In this document: one piece after another, positions 37,244-50,028 of the stretch
Numbering within the stretch: the stretch's first letter is position 1
Layout of the letters: each line of letters opens with the position of its first letter
NCBI RefSeq assembly: GCF_000143415.4
Contig: NW_003314269.1
Span: forward strand, 3,155,060 to 3,219,059
Length of the DNA: 64,000 nucleotides
Direction: 5' to 3'
Source of the DNA: Selaginella moellendorffii
Lineage: Eukaryota; Plantae; Lycopodiophyta
Notes under the pieces: model-generated
What the model saw: the letters and a program-made list of their open reading frames with translations, nothing else
Told to the model about the DNA's origin: nothing
Database searches by the model: none
Translations under genes and position numbers: made by a program

Positions 37244-38829
37244 CGGCCTTCCATTATTCCGAGAGGAGGGGATGATGTGAGGGCCAAGTGTACGGCTACG
37301 ATGCCGTATACTAATATTAGCGTAGTAGGATTTTGGTAGCCGTCGGATTGGTTTCAATCCGGACCACTCGCTCCTGTATATAAGCTAGGGTTTTTGGGTT
37401 AATTGATATGCACATTTCTGTATTCCCTTTCATATTCCATGCACTCACAGCTTATATTTTATAAATACAAGATTAATATTTTTGCATATCCACCATATAA
37501 TGAAAAAAATATACCAGAAAAAATTTAGAAAAGTCAATTAATTATAGCACTGAAATCTCTATCCAATAGATAACATTAGTAGCCTCAAGTGACATATAAT
37601 CAATAATAGTGTGGAGTGGAATGGTAAAGGAAGAGAATGTAGTAGAGATTAAGAAGGAAAAACAAATTTATCCTAGATCTAGTGAAAAGCAATGTCAAAA
37701 AACTTTGCCCTCTAGAGACAAATTGCAATACCCCTCAACTACATTAATGTGAGTGTTTATTCTTGTATATAAGCAAGGGTTTAAACCCCAATTAAAATAT
37801 ATCCCTTGAACCAGATGTAGTCCAAATGGATGTTATGCTGATTGCATGCATAAGGAGAAAAACTTTTGGGTGAGAACTAGTAGCTTTGGCTATGAAGACT
37901 TGGGAGAGAGAATACTAATTTTCCTTTGTTAATTTTTTTAGGTCAGGAAGATGATCATCTTCAAGACCCAATCTATTCACCAAGAGTGCTTTGTGGTTCT
38001 TTTAGAACTAAGTAGCCTACAAGGTGGCATCAGTGTTGGAAGGTCTTGATTCAATTCCCTCAACCGAATCCCAAAAATCTTTAGCTATTAAAGTTAATTG
38101 GACTTTGGTCTTTTATGTTATGAAGTTCTCACTCGTGAACTTTTGGAGCAGCTTCTCCCATCATTTATCAAATGTTAGGAGGTGGAGTACTAGAAGCCAT
38201 TAGTTTCTAGAGAAAATGTAAGCTAGAAGCAAGCCTTTGTTGCCACCATCAATGTTTGTGTTAACCTCTTAGTCCTAATCATTGGGTGATCACTTCGCCA
38301 CTATAGTTGGGCTTGTGTAGCGTATGTGGTTTTCAACCTTTGTCCTATGGTGATTTACCATAGGATAACCACAAAGTAGAATTTAAACCTTCCATGTGCG
38401 TCATATGCCACATGCCACATACCATGTGTCCAAAGGATAGCAGAGTGGAACCCAAGTTTCAGGGCCTTGAGCCACTGAACAAAGGAATAGAGCCAAACTC
38501 CTAAGCATGGAGCTAAGAAGCAAAAGAACTGGAACACAAAGTGATTCCCGAGCATTTAGCCCAAGGAGTTAAGGGACAGGAGCATGGAATGGCTTGGAAC
38601 AGTCTTAGAGCATTTAACATCCTAATGCCAGGACTAGTATGCAAAATGGAGCCAAATAGAGTTTAGTGCTATTTCAGCTTATTAAATATGGAATGTCTCT
38701 AAATTGCGAATTTAGGCATCAAATGAACATCATTGTGTTCAAGACAATCTCTACATTCCATAGATATATTAAATGAGCAAATCTAGACATTTTTCATAAA
38801 TAGCATTTAAAACCGAATGGTATTAACAC

Positions 38830-39465
38830 AAGGTGCATGATAGTGAGGGTGTTTGGTAGATACAATAAGCTATCATTTAGTGAATATTGAAGGACTAAGC
38901 TCAATATCATAGAGGTTCTCAACACTAGCAAGTGTAAGTTAATGAATAAGTTTTGTTAACCAAGTCAAGTATATTTGACTAATAGCACTTAAGAATTCTA
39001 TCTTTATGCTCATCTAGTCAAGTCTAATCTAAATCATCTTGATTAAACCCTTGCATTTCTCCTGGGCTTGCTCAATTGAATTCTGTTCAGATATTATAGG
39101 TGCTTGATGAAACTTTGTCTTAAACACACCTCATGCTTAAGCTCTTAATTGCTCATATCAATATATATGTATTACACCTAAATTTGGAGCTAAACTCCAA
39201 GCCCGTTGCACTACAAAACAAGGGTCCAGTACACTCTTAATCCCATGAGCACCAGATGAGATCAACATAAAGGGCATGATAGCAAGAGTGTTTGGCAAAC
39301 ACGATAAGCTATTATTTAATCAATATTGAGGGACTAATATCAATATCATAGGGGTTCCCAACACTAACAAGTGCAAGTCAATGAATAAGTTTCTCTAACC
39401 AAGTCAAGTATATTTAACTAATAGCATTTAGAAATTTCATCCTTATGCTTATTTGGTCAAGTGCA
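38830..39465 (+). repeat. Imperfect direct repeat of about 190 bp (38835-39025 and 39275-39465)
   Basis: GCATGATAG..GTGTTTGG..ATAAGCTAT..AATATTGA.GGACTAA..CAATATCATAG..AACCAAGTCAAGTATATTT occurs twice. Confidence 0.75.
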
Positions 39466-39512
39466 CACGCAATGACCAATTTCTCAACTAGCTTAGATGA
39501 AGACCATAGAGG

Positions 39513-39612
39513 NNNNNNNNNNNNNNNNNNNNNNNNNNNNNNNNNNNNNNNNNNNNNNNNNNNNNNNNNNNNNNNNNNNNNNNNNNNNNNNNNNNNNNNN
39601 NNNNNNNNNNNN
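39513..39612. other. Assembly gap (100 N)
   Basis: N run. Confidence 1.
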
Positions 39613-41784
39613 ATACTAATATAGGCCGTGGGGGTGAAAGCCCAAAGTGATAATCTTTTGGGGCAAGGGGGGGGGGGGGGGGGGGGGTCTGCAAAGGGTT
39701 CCAAAGGTATAGTAGGGATAATGAGACTAAAAACCCAATATTGAAGGAATTCTCCAGTGATGCTCTCTCTAGTAGTGCTTCCAAACTGCGTTATTGTTAG
39801 GATTGGGACTAGGGGTTAGTGGCCTTGGATGGGAGTGAATATGGACTCAAGGGGTCCTAAAGAGGCCTCTCAAGGAAGTGGTTAAGAGCAATTCACACTT
39901 TCAAAAGGGAAACTAATTGTGGTGTTCCTAGCTTATATGGAGTGGTGCCCTATTTAAGTACTATGTAGCTCATTGATCTTTGTTCCTTCTTAGGGGCTTG
40001 GGCCTTCCCTTTAAGATTGAAGTTGGGGAGTACAGGCATTCATACCGTGCTATTAGGCCATGGTGTTTCCCCCCCAGGTCCCGAAGTAGGAGATGCATCC
40101 AAGGCTTGGGATTTAAAAGGTTTTACGATCAAGTTTTGTCATACTAAAGGATGTTAGGAACTTAAAAGTTTAGTGTGTTTGGCTCCTTGTGCCTACGAGG
40201 TGTGTATACAAACTTTAAGTCTAGTTTAAACTAAGGAGGGGAATTGGGAGAGAATTTGGGAATCCCTACATGGATGGGTAACATCTTATTATTTGTGAAC
40301 AAATAGTTGAATCCAAGTATGTCTAAGTAGGAGTTAATACAATATGCAAGAACTTTGGCAAAGGAATTTAGCTAAGGCCAATGCAAAGGTGGTCGGATAG
40401 ACGAGATAAGTTGACAAATTCAAAAAGGAAAAAAAGAAAAGCTTACAATTTGGTATTATAGCCTTTTTCTCAGTTCTAATGAAGGATAGACGTGGATTCC
40501 TAGGAGATAGTTAAGGTAGGGCATAAATGAAATAAGGCAGATACAAAACTTCCTTCATAGATAGAGCCTTCGGTCGAACAAAAGGCTATGAATAAAAAAT
40601 CCCTGCATGAGGAGGATTTCAATAAAGAAACTTCCAAATAGAAGTCTGGTGGTGAGGTTCAGTCATTCAAGGTTCGATTAAATATTCTGGAAGGATAAAT
40701 GGCATAAACCAATACCCTATTAAAGACCCTCGTATGCAAGTTGAAGTGTGATAAGAAGTAGAAAAAAAAACAAAAGATTGCAAATGTTGATAATGTAGAA
40801 GGCATGGACTTTTCGGCGAGGATTAAAGCAAGACCAAACAAAGTTAAATAAACTGAAATAAAGTTAGTCCCTTAAGTAGTTCCCAAGTACAAACCAAAGC
40901 CCCCACCAGTCTTCAAGAGAGTGGATGACTGACTATAAAGTGGTTAAGGATTGATTTTATGATATGGAGGATTATTTTGAGTGTTGCATTTCCCAAGCTT
41001 GGAAAAGGTCCTATATGCAAAACCATATTTAATAGATAATACTAAGTTTCTTTTGTGTGTAAAATAGGGCAACAAAACAAGCCAATGAAAGACCGATAGC
41101 CACTTAAGAAGATATACAATTTATATTCTTACAAATGTTACTCTACACCTAAGGGATAAGTTGAGTAGGTTGAAGTAGATAGGAACCATTTAAAAGTGTG
41201 TGAATGTGTTTATAGCCAAAAGGATCCTTGTCATACATATAAGTGATATAGACATGTTCCATACTTTCATATTAGGTTTGCAAACCTAGGCTCGGGGTGA
41301 GGTGATGCACTAGAACCCAACCAAGTACAAGAAAGCATTAGATGTAGCTATCAAGGTGCATTTCAGTGATAACTTAAGAAAATGGAATACGATAGAGTGT
41401 GGGTTAATATTTAGCAAGGGAGCCAATTAAGAGGGACATATGGCAAAAGGAAATTCAAGAAAAATTTCTCTAAAAATAAATTTTTAGGGTTTTAGAAAGG
41501 TAGATTTGGTGGCCAAAGAGCAAATATGTGGGGAGTTAGGTGAAAAGGGACAAACCCATTAATAAAAAAATTAAATTTAGTAGTAGTGTGGGGAACAAAG
41601 TATGCTATAATTGTGAAAAAGTGGGACCCCAATATCGCACTAAGTTAAAATTCAGCACAGCCTATCACCCACAAATAGGTAATAAGTATTGGATCAAGTA
41701 TTATAGCAAGGACACTTAAGGTGGTAAAGTGGTTTATTGCCTTTGACTTTGTCAAGAGACGAGAAGACACACTTTATGTTCCAT

Positions 41785-42294
41785 NNNNNNNNNNNNNNNN
41801 NNNNNNNNNNNNNNNNNNNNNNNNNNNNNNNNNNNNNNNNNNNNNNNNNNNNNNNNNNNNNNNNNNNNNNNNNNNNNNNNNNNNNNNNNNNNNNNNNNNN
41901 NNNNNNNNNNNNNNNNNNNNNNNNNNNNNNNNNNNNNNNNNNNNNNNNNNNNNNNNNNNNNNNNNNNNNNNNNNNNNNNNNNNNNNNNNNNNNNNNNNNN
42001 NNNNNNNNNNNNNNNNNNNNNNNNNNNNNNNNNNNNNNNNNNNNNNNNNNNNNNNNNNNNNNNNNNNNNNNNNNNNNNNNNNNNNNNNNNNNNNNNNNNN
42101 NNNNNNNNNNNNNNNNNNNNNNNNNNNNNNNNNNNNNNNNNNNNNNNNNNNNNNNNNNNNNNNNNNNNNNNNNNNNNNNNNNNNNNNNNNNNNNNNNNNN
42201 NNNNNNNNNNNNNNNNNNNNNNNNNNNNNNNNNNNNNNNNNNNNNNNNNNNNNNNNNNNNNNNNNNNNNNNNNNNNNNNNNNNNNNNNNNNNNN
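41785..42294. other. Assembly gap (510 N)
   Basis: N run. Confidence 1.
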
Positions 42295-44415
42295 ATCCAA
42301 GACTGAGTCCAAGATTCAAGATCAAGTCCTAGACCGAGTCTAAGATTAAGTTTAAGATTGAGACTGAGTCTAAATACTAATACAAGTCATGGGGTGAAAG
42401 CCCAAAGCAATCGTCTCCTTGGGGTTGGGAGGGGGTGGGGGGGGGGGGGGGTTGTTATAGAGAGTTCCAAAAGGACTTAGTTTTGAAGAAATTTTCTAGT
42501 AATGCTTACAAATTAAGTGTTGAGGTTAGGATTAGGGGTTAATGGTTTTGGGTGGGAGTGAGTATAGATTCAAGAGGTGCTAAAAAAATTTCCCAAGGAA
42601 GTGCTTAAAAGCAACTCCCACTTCCAAAAGGGAAACTAACTACAATTTTTTTGGCTTATGTAAAGTGGTGCTTTAATTAGGTACCATACAACTCATTAGT
42701 CCTCACTCCTTCATAGGGGTTTGGGCCTTCTCTTTTGGACTAAAGTGGGGGAATAAAGGCACCTATACTAGGCTATTATGCCATAATGTTTCCCTTCAAA
42801 GTTATGAAGTAAGAGATGTATTCAAGGCTTGGGATTTAGAGGGTCTTATGATCAAATTTTGTTGTACTAAGGGATGTTAGAAACTTAAAGGTTTGGTATG
42901 TTTAACTGCTTGTGTTTGCCGAGAGTGTAGCTGAACTTTAAGTCTAGTCTAACTCGGGGAAGGGGATTAAAAAAGAATTTAGGAATTTGTGAATAGATGG
43001 TCAACACCTTGTTGCTTATGTAGTGAATAGCTAAATCTAAGTAGAAACTAATACAATAGATGAGAACCTTAGTGAGGGAATTTAATTGAGACCAAGGCAA
43101 TAGTGGTCAGATAGATGAGGTAAACTAGTAAATTGGAAAATGAAAATTTATGACTTATACAAAAATTATCATCCTAGCTTGCTTTGCCACTACTTGTTCA
43201 ATAACTCTTTGATGAAATAACTTTTTCTATGGTGCATTCAGCCACTATCACCCCAAAATAACAAGAAACACAGTGAAATATCAAAATCATAGTTGCATAT
43301 TAAGAAGCTAGTGCACTGAAGAAGAGTAGAACTTTATATGAAAAGGTATGTCTTTTAGATGGATCTAGGAGGAAGTAAATAGCATTAAGAAAACTCATTA
43401 ATATTTGCATTCTCACAAATCTACTTACTGGGGGGGTGGGGGGGAAGGTTGCTATAGAGAGTTCCAAAATGACTTAGTTTTGAAGAAATTCTCTAGTAGT
43501 AAGTGTTGAGGTTAGGATTAAGGGTTAATGGTTTTGGGTGGGAGTGAGTATAGATTCAAGAGGTGCTAAAAAAATTTCCCAAGGAAGTGCTTAAAAGCAA
43601 CTCCCACTTCCAAAAGGGAAACTAACTACAATTTTTTTGGCTTATGTAAAGTGGTGCTTTAATTAGGTACCATACAACTCATTAGTCCTCACTCCTTCAT
43701 AGGGGTTTAGGCCTTCTCTTTGGGACTAAAGTGGGGGAATAAAGGCACCTATACTGGGCTATTATGCCATAATATTTCCCTTCAGGGTTATGAAGTAAGA
43801 GATGCATCCAAGGCTTGGGATTTCCGAGAGTGTAGCTGAACTTTAAGTCTAGTCTAACTTGGGGAAGGGGATTAAAAAATAATTTAGGAATTTGTGAATA
43901 GATGGTCAACACCTTGTTACTTATGTAGTGAATAGCTAAATCTAAGTAGAAACTAATAAAGAATTTAGGAATTTGTGAATAGATGGTCAACACCTTGTTG
44001 CTTATGTAGTGAATAGCTAAATCTAAGTAGAAACTAATACAATAAATGAGAACCTTAGTGAGGAAATTTAACTGAGACCAAGGCAATGGTGGTCAGATAG
44101 ATGAGGTAAACTAGTAAATTGGAAAATGAAAATTTATGACTTACACAAAAATTATCATCCTAGCTTGCCTTGCCACTACTTGTTCAATAACTCTTTAATG
44201 AAATAGCTTTTTCTATGGTGCATTCAGCCACTATCACCCCAAAATAGCAAGAAACACAGTGAAGTATCAAAATCATAGTTGCATATTAAGAAGCTAGTGC
44301 ACTGAAGAAGAGTAGAACTTTATATGAAAAGGTATATCTTTCAGATGGATCTAGGAGGAAGTAAATAGCATTAAGAAGACTCATTAATATTTGCATTCTC
44401 ACAAATCTACTTACT
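42295..44415 (+). repeat. Family A LTR 3' part plus ~270 bp flank, tandemly duplicated (about 42430-43428 and 43429-44415)
   Basis: LTR ends at 43159 and 44145, each followed by the same CAAAAATTATCATCCTAGC..CAAATCTACTTACT flank. Confidence 0.85.
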
Positions 44416-44789
44416 AGCATGATAAAGCAAGTATTGTAATAATGGAAAAAAAAATCTAGTATATGAGCTCTTTTGATCTCCCTTACAAAATATATCCTTT
44501 AATATTGAGTTTGTCTCCAATCTAAATCCAAGAAATATTGCTCTATATGTGCTCTTTGCCAACATCTTTGACTTGCCTTCTCAATTAGATTGAGCTTCCA
44601 AGGAATAGCCCAAGTGCTAGGGCTGCATAAGGTAGTTCTGCACCACAATAATATCTCTATCTTCTTAGATCATAAGTGTTATGCATGTTTTTCTAATGTG
44701 ATTTGAAAAATACAAAGCTAGACACCCTATCACCTATGCCATAAGCTTAATAACTGTATTTTCTATGAATGGTTAAGAATTATTTTTAA

Positions 44790-45263
44790 AGGTATATTAT
44801 AATTTTTTGATTCTGAAAGGTCATCCATCCTAGTACTACTTAAACCCAAAGACACATAACCTTAAGTATCCTAGACCTTTAATCGATAGGAAAAGATAGT
44901 GCACTCTTGTTTATTAGCCTTTTACATTTATATTTGAACATTTATAGATTGTATTTTGAATTGTTTAAGCTCACGCCCTCGTGAATTAAAGTTGAAAGCC
45001 ATAACTCTTTTGAGAGCCCCGCTCCCTTAACACTCTATCCCTTGGGTTAGACCAAATTAGACTATTAGATAATAATTTTAATATGTGGTGTGACCTCTTT
45101 AATACTAAATATAAGCTTTTGAAATTGAACTTTTTATAGTACTATTCAAACTTAATGACACTTAACCCTAAGTATCCCAGTGCACTTTTGTTTTTAGGCC
45201 CTTTCCTTTTATATTTAAACCCTTATGGATCATCTCTTAAGTCATTCTATTTGCTTGTTTATA
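44790..45263 (-). mobile_element. Decayed Cassandra TRIM (LTR-internal-LTR)
   Basis: Reverse complement contains GTAGTACTAGGATGG (5S IE/C-box); internal segment matches 17760-17885. Confidence 0.75.
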
Positions 45264-45298
45264 TATATATAAAATGATGATATTATGCTAAACCCATC

Positions 45299-45490
45299 TG
45301 TAACCTTTTGAATTTAGACTTCCAAGATGTCACTCAACCCAATATTATTCAAACCCAAAAATGTTTAACCCAAATATTCCAAGACATATAACCAATTGAA
45401 AAAGGGGGTGGACTCTTGTTCATGGACCCTTTCCCTCTATATTTAAACCCTATGGATTATCTTTCAATTTGTTCTTTTTGGTTGCTTACA
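45299..45490 (-). mobile_element. Cassandra solo LTR
   Basis: TG..CA, 192 bp, collinear with 17909-18101; flanks CCATC/CTATT fit a decayed 5-bp TSD. Confidence 0.8.
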
Positions 45491-47046
45491 CTATTTTACA
45501 ATTATTATTTTTATAAGGCAAATAATGTATTATGCATTGTATGCAACATTTTTGTCACAAATATGATTTTGGGTGTTGAAGGATACTTGTTGGCCTATTC
45601 TTACAAACACTTTCTCCTTACTACTATGACACCAAGAGATCAGTACTCCTAGTTCTTTATATTAGCCTCTTTTGTCCAAGTGTTACTAAATTGGATCTAG
45701 TATCTTTACTTAGCCAAATAAACATAAAGTATAAACTCTTATATATTTATTGTTATGTATACTCAATTTTTTTTTTAGTTCTCTTTCGCTCTGTTTTGTA
45801 CTGACTTGGCAAGAACTTTCGTGTATTGAGCCAGTCCCTTAGGATCACTACATAATAGCCTATTGTGTCTGTTAGACACCTCTGTTATTATGCCCTTAGT
45901 TCCAAAGGTATAGTAAGTACAATTGCTAGAAGTATAACTGACCATTTGATATGTTAATTTAGCCCTTACAACTCTTTATTTTATATTTGACTTGGGTCTA
46001 AACTTAAACTCTATGTTACTTTAGTTAGTGGGGTACCCACCTCTTAGAAGTGACCAGTATACTAAAATTGTGTTAAATTTTGTTTGACACTAATTTGCAT
46101 ATAGGAGCTTGATACAAGGAGCTGATGTTAGTAGAAGATATTGAGTGTATATTACACCTGTGTAATGGGCTTGGGGTTCAATTTCAAATTTAGGTATGCT
46201 ACATTTTTTAATAGTAGTGTCATTCCTATTTATTAATCTAATTAATCAAATATAAATTATAATTATAAACATGTTTATATTTTATAAACACAAAACTAAT
46301 ATTATTGCATTTCAACCATTAGATGGTAAAATATATATGCTAAATCATATTTTTTATCACTTGAGAGTAATGGTCAAGCTATTGTACTCAACACATACCA
46401 CATACCACAACCTAAGACACTTCTTAATATGGTAAAAGGCTTAAATGTCAAAAGTGCAAAGTATTGAAGAAAAACTTTTGTATGGTGGAAGATTTTAATT
46501 CGTCTTTTTTTTGTAAAAGTTATTTCTATCATAAAAGCCAATATTTTTATAGTAAATAGTTGTAAGCTCAAAAACCTAATCAAATGTTTCTACTTTTTGG
46601 GTTAGCATTGGTAAGGGTTGCCTGGATATTCTAGTATATTTTATCATCTAACCATAATTTAAATTAATCTTGTGTTTATATTTATATATAAACTTTCTTA
46701 AACTTTAAATTAATTTGCTCTATTATGTATGCTGCCCTCAAAATATTAGCTATATGTATATGGTATGAATATCAAGTATACAATTATTATATATTCTACT
46801 CTAAAACACCAAATTCAGTTTATATACTTTACTTTTAGAAATAGTACTATAATTTAGTTTAATTGATTAAGGTTTTAATTTAAAATAGTTAAAGAGTCTT
46901 AAAAACAGTATATTATAAAAAGTGTTTTTTATATTTCTATAATTTTTACTAAGATATTTCTATGTTTAACACTTGGCTTAATAAAACAGCCTTATTTGCT
47001 AATATATAAAGAAAACTAACTAAAAAAGTTTTCTTATAGAACATTA

Positions 47047-47547
47047 ATGGCAACCTATTTATATTTTATGTTATTGATGTTTCTACATGTTTATTTTATT
47101 ATAGTTGTCAAATGTCAGGTAAACTTTACATTACTTACTACAATTGTGTTTTTTTTAATAACTTGCTATATATAACTACAGTGTAAATATTCAATTAATA
47201 TAAAAACTGGATGTGAAAATGGGGCAGGAACTGATTCTGACATAGATGTTATATTTTCTTCTTTTTCAGGACGTACATTAACATTTAATAATTTAGATAA
47301 CAAGGGAAAGGATGATTTTGAGAGATGCAATCTTGACACATTTGATGTTGAAGGAGAATGTCTTTCTGAGAATGATAAAATATGTAGAATGATAGTACAA
47401 CGCACACTTAGTAAAAATGGGGAATGGTATATTGATTGGATTGAAATTTCTGGAGAGAAATCAGGTTCGAAAATATTTGAAGTGTATAGCTGGCTTAGCA
47501 CAGATAATAGTGATAAAGAAATTGATCTCTGCAATCATAATATCTAA
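47047..47547 (+). CDS. Secreted PLAT/LH2-domain protein (plant PLAT/ATS3-like), 145 aa
   Basis: Exon 1 47047-47118 MATYLYFMLLMFLHVYFIIVVKCQ (signal peptide); GT-AG intron 47119-47181; exon 2 47182-47547 CKYSINIKTGCENGAGTDSDI..FERCNLDTFDVEGEC..ICRM..WYIDWIEI..FEVYSWL..DLC. Confidence 0.88.
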
Positions 47548-48807
47548 ATAATAAATAAAAAATTTAAAAGGATTAGCAAAACCAATTTAAAGAGGAATAA
47601 TTCAGATGGGGCTTGTGTTTATAAATTATAAACATGATTGTAATTTTTACATATATATAAAATTATATTGCTTCTTTATGATTTAGATTTAGAGTGTTCT
47701 TTGAAAAATTTCTGATAAGAAAATCTTTCATATTTTGGGACATTGGAGAATTGAGATTCCTCATTTCTTGTAAAATTTTATTTAATATTAGACAAAAGTT
47801 TTCTAATTAAATAGTTGTGAGCTCAGAAAATTAATTAAATGTTTCTACTTTTTTGGTTTGCTTTAAAATTCTACAATATGGTTGGATATTCTAGGAAATT
47901 CTACCATTTACCTCTTATTTAGATTAATGTTACATTTATATTCATGCATAAGCTTTCTTCAATATTAAAATAAAAATAATTTGTTGTGCATTGCATGCAG
48001 CATTGCTTTGTTTGCTTAATAGTAGTGTATTTAATATTTATTAATCTAATTGATCAAATAAAAGTTTGTTTATTATTTATAAACACCAAATTAATCTTCA
48101 ACCACTAGAGAGCAGAATAAAATAGAATATAGTAGAAAGTGTTTAGAAAGTTTATAATTATAAATACAAGATTAATCTAAATGAATAACAACAGTTAAAT
48201 TGTAGAATATCCCAAAATATCCGTTTAATGTTATTCATTAAATTAGTTAATTTAATACTATGTGGTAAAAAGGACAATGTTGTGATGGAAAAAATAGTGA
48301 CCAAACAGGTTGATTTTAATTCCCACCTGAAGAAACAAAACTACTACCACCAGTTTGTTCAATTACGAGCCGTAAGACACGGTCAAGGAATCCAGAAAAA
48401 TCGTGATTCTGTACCCATTGTTTATTAGAATGGTGGTAAAGTATGACGTGTCTACCCACACAGGCAGCCGGAAAATGCCTACGCATATTCTATGAAGCAT
48501 GGCAGGCTAAAGCTTTTCATACATTCACTCTCTAGCCTATGAGAGAGGGAGAGGGGCGCTCTTTCCATGGTGCCAGGCATCCACGGCCTAGGGTTTTCTA
48601 GTTTCTAGCTCCAAGAACGGGCCGGCACCCGCATTGCGCCGATTCTCCAGGTTTCTCTCGGTTCTTGCCACTTGTTTGCCAGATTCTCCTCGTTCTGGCG
48701 CTGGAATCGCCGAAATATCGTCCTAGCCGCGCAGCATTGCGATATTTCGAGGCCAGGCCGCTCGCTACTCGTTTCCTCGCTAGGAAATCCAGGGAATCCG
48801 TGCAGGG

Positions 48808-50028
48808 ATGTCGCGCCACGGCAGAATGCGCGCTTCTTTCGACTCCGAGGCGACGAGCCTGGGCCCTTCGCCGCCGCAATCGCCCCGGCATCCGGTCTAC
48901 TTCGTCCAGAGCCCCTCGCGCGACTCCCACGACGGCGACTACAAGCCCTCGGTGCAATCCACGCCCATGATCAGCCCCTCGGCGTCGCCCATGCATCACT
49001 CGTTCGTGCGCTCCTCCAACGCCTCCTCGGCCGACACGGTGTCTGGGCAGCACAAGCTTGGATCGAGGAAGGTGCTGCCACAGCCTTCGTATGGAAGCGA
49101 TGCTCACGGCCGTGGTGGGTATCGCAAGAAGGGATACAAGCCATGGGTTCCCGGCGGCACCATCATGGAGGAGGAGGAGCAAATGCCCGGCGCAGCCAAG
49201 AAGGGCCTCTCGCGGTGCTGCATGTGTGGACTCAGCTTCCTGGGCTGCGTCCTCGTGTTTGGATTCATCGCTATGATCTTCTGGTTGGTCTGTCGGCCTC
49301 GCGCCCCGGAGCTGCGAGTCAAGGTATGTTCCAAGTTCTAGGATAGCGAATTTGGTTTTGGGCTTGCGTGCATTGCTCATTGCGAAGCTTTTTCTATGGC
49401 ATCTTGTCTCGGGCTTGCTTGCATTACTTACGTAGCCGGGTCTTGATTCCGTTCTCCCTGTGATCGCGGTGTCCAGGATATCATTTTCAATGAGTTTTTC
49501 GTGGTCGACGGGAGTGCCCAAGGCGTGCCAACTCGGGTCTTAACGGCGAATTGCACGATCAAGGTCATGTTCCACAATCCCTCCAAGTACTTTGGGCTTC
49601 ATGTGAGCGACTCGGATGTTACGCTGGACTACACGCAGCTGAGCGTCGGGACCGGCAAGGCAAGTCGCTGCTTAGTCTATTCCAGTTCCGATTCCTCCTC
49701 TTCTAACGTTTTCCAGTTCCACTACGCACAGATAGCCAAGTTCTACCAGGCAAAGAACAGCAAGAGGGCGTTTTCGGTGAACGTTGTCGCTGTCAGGATA
49801 CCCCTGTATGGCGCGGGTCCGAACCTACAGAGCCTGACACAGGCCGGTGGCGGCGTTCCCTTGCAAATTAAAGCCGCGCTGCCGTCGCGGGCCTACGTCT
49901 TTGGCAAGCTCGTCAAGCCGAAGTTCAGGAGCTACTTCTCGTGCGACGTGACGGTGAACAGCAGCGGCAAGAACTTCCTCAAGCTCCTGGGCAAGCAGTG
50001 CACATACACGGCTCCACCAAAGCCTTGA
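48808..50028 (+). CDS. CC1: Companion of cellulose synthase (CC1/CC2)-like protein, LEA_2/NHL family
   Basis: Exons 48808 (or 48826)-49323, 49477-49659, 49732-50028; DSEATSL..SPRHPVYFVQSPSRDSHDG..STPMISP N-terminus, one TM helix, FHNPSKYFGLHVS, KFYQ, IPLYGAG, RAYVFGKLVKPKF. Confidence 0.85.

Larger units (their letters stand above)
32447..37449 (+). mobile_element. Structurally complete short-LTR Ty3/gypsy non-chromovirus element (family C)
   Basis: LTRs 32447-32624 and 37276-37449 (4 substitutions plus a 4-bp indel); 4-bp TSD GCTT; PBS TGGTGGAGGTGAGGGG (tRNA-Ala-like) 32626-32641; PPT GAGAGGAGGGGATGA. Confidence 0.95.
38316..41625 (+). mobile_element. Family A remnant: LTR start (38316-38660), LTR end (39613-40447), PBS and decayed gag; spans an assembly gap
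   Basis: Homology to 2998-3330, 3630-4425 and 4429-5585; PBS TGGTATTATAGC 40451-40462. Confidence 0.8.

Noticed and set aside
41721-42332. ORFs of 180-200 aa
   Set aside because: They run through N gaps
47166-47534. 122-aa minus-strand ORF
   Set aside because: Antisense shadow of the PLAT exon on the plus strand
48598-49521. 307-aa minus-strand ORF and similar overlapping ORFs across the gene-dense region
   Set aside because: GC-rich antisense or off-frame shadows of identified genes
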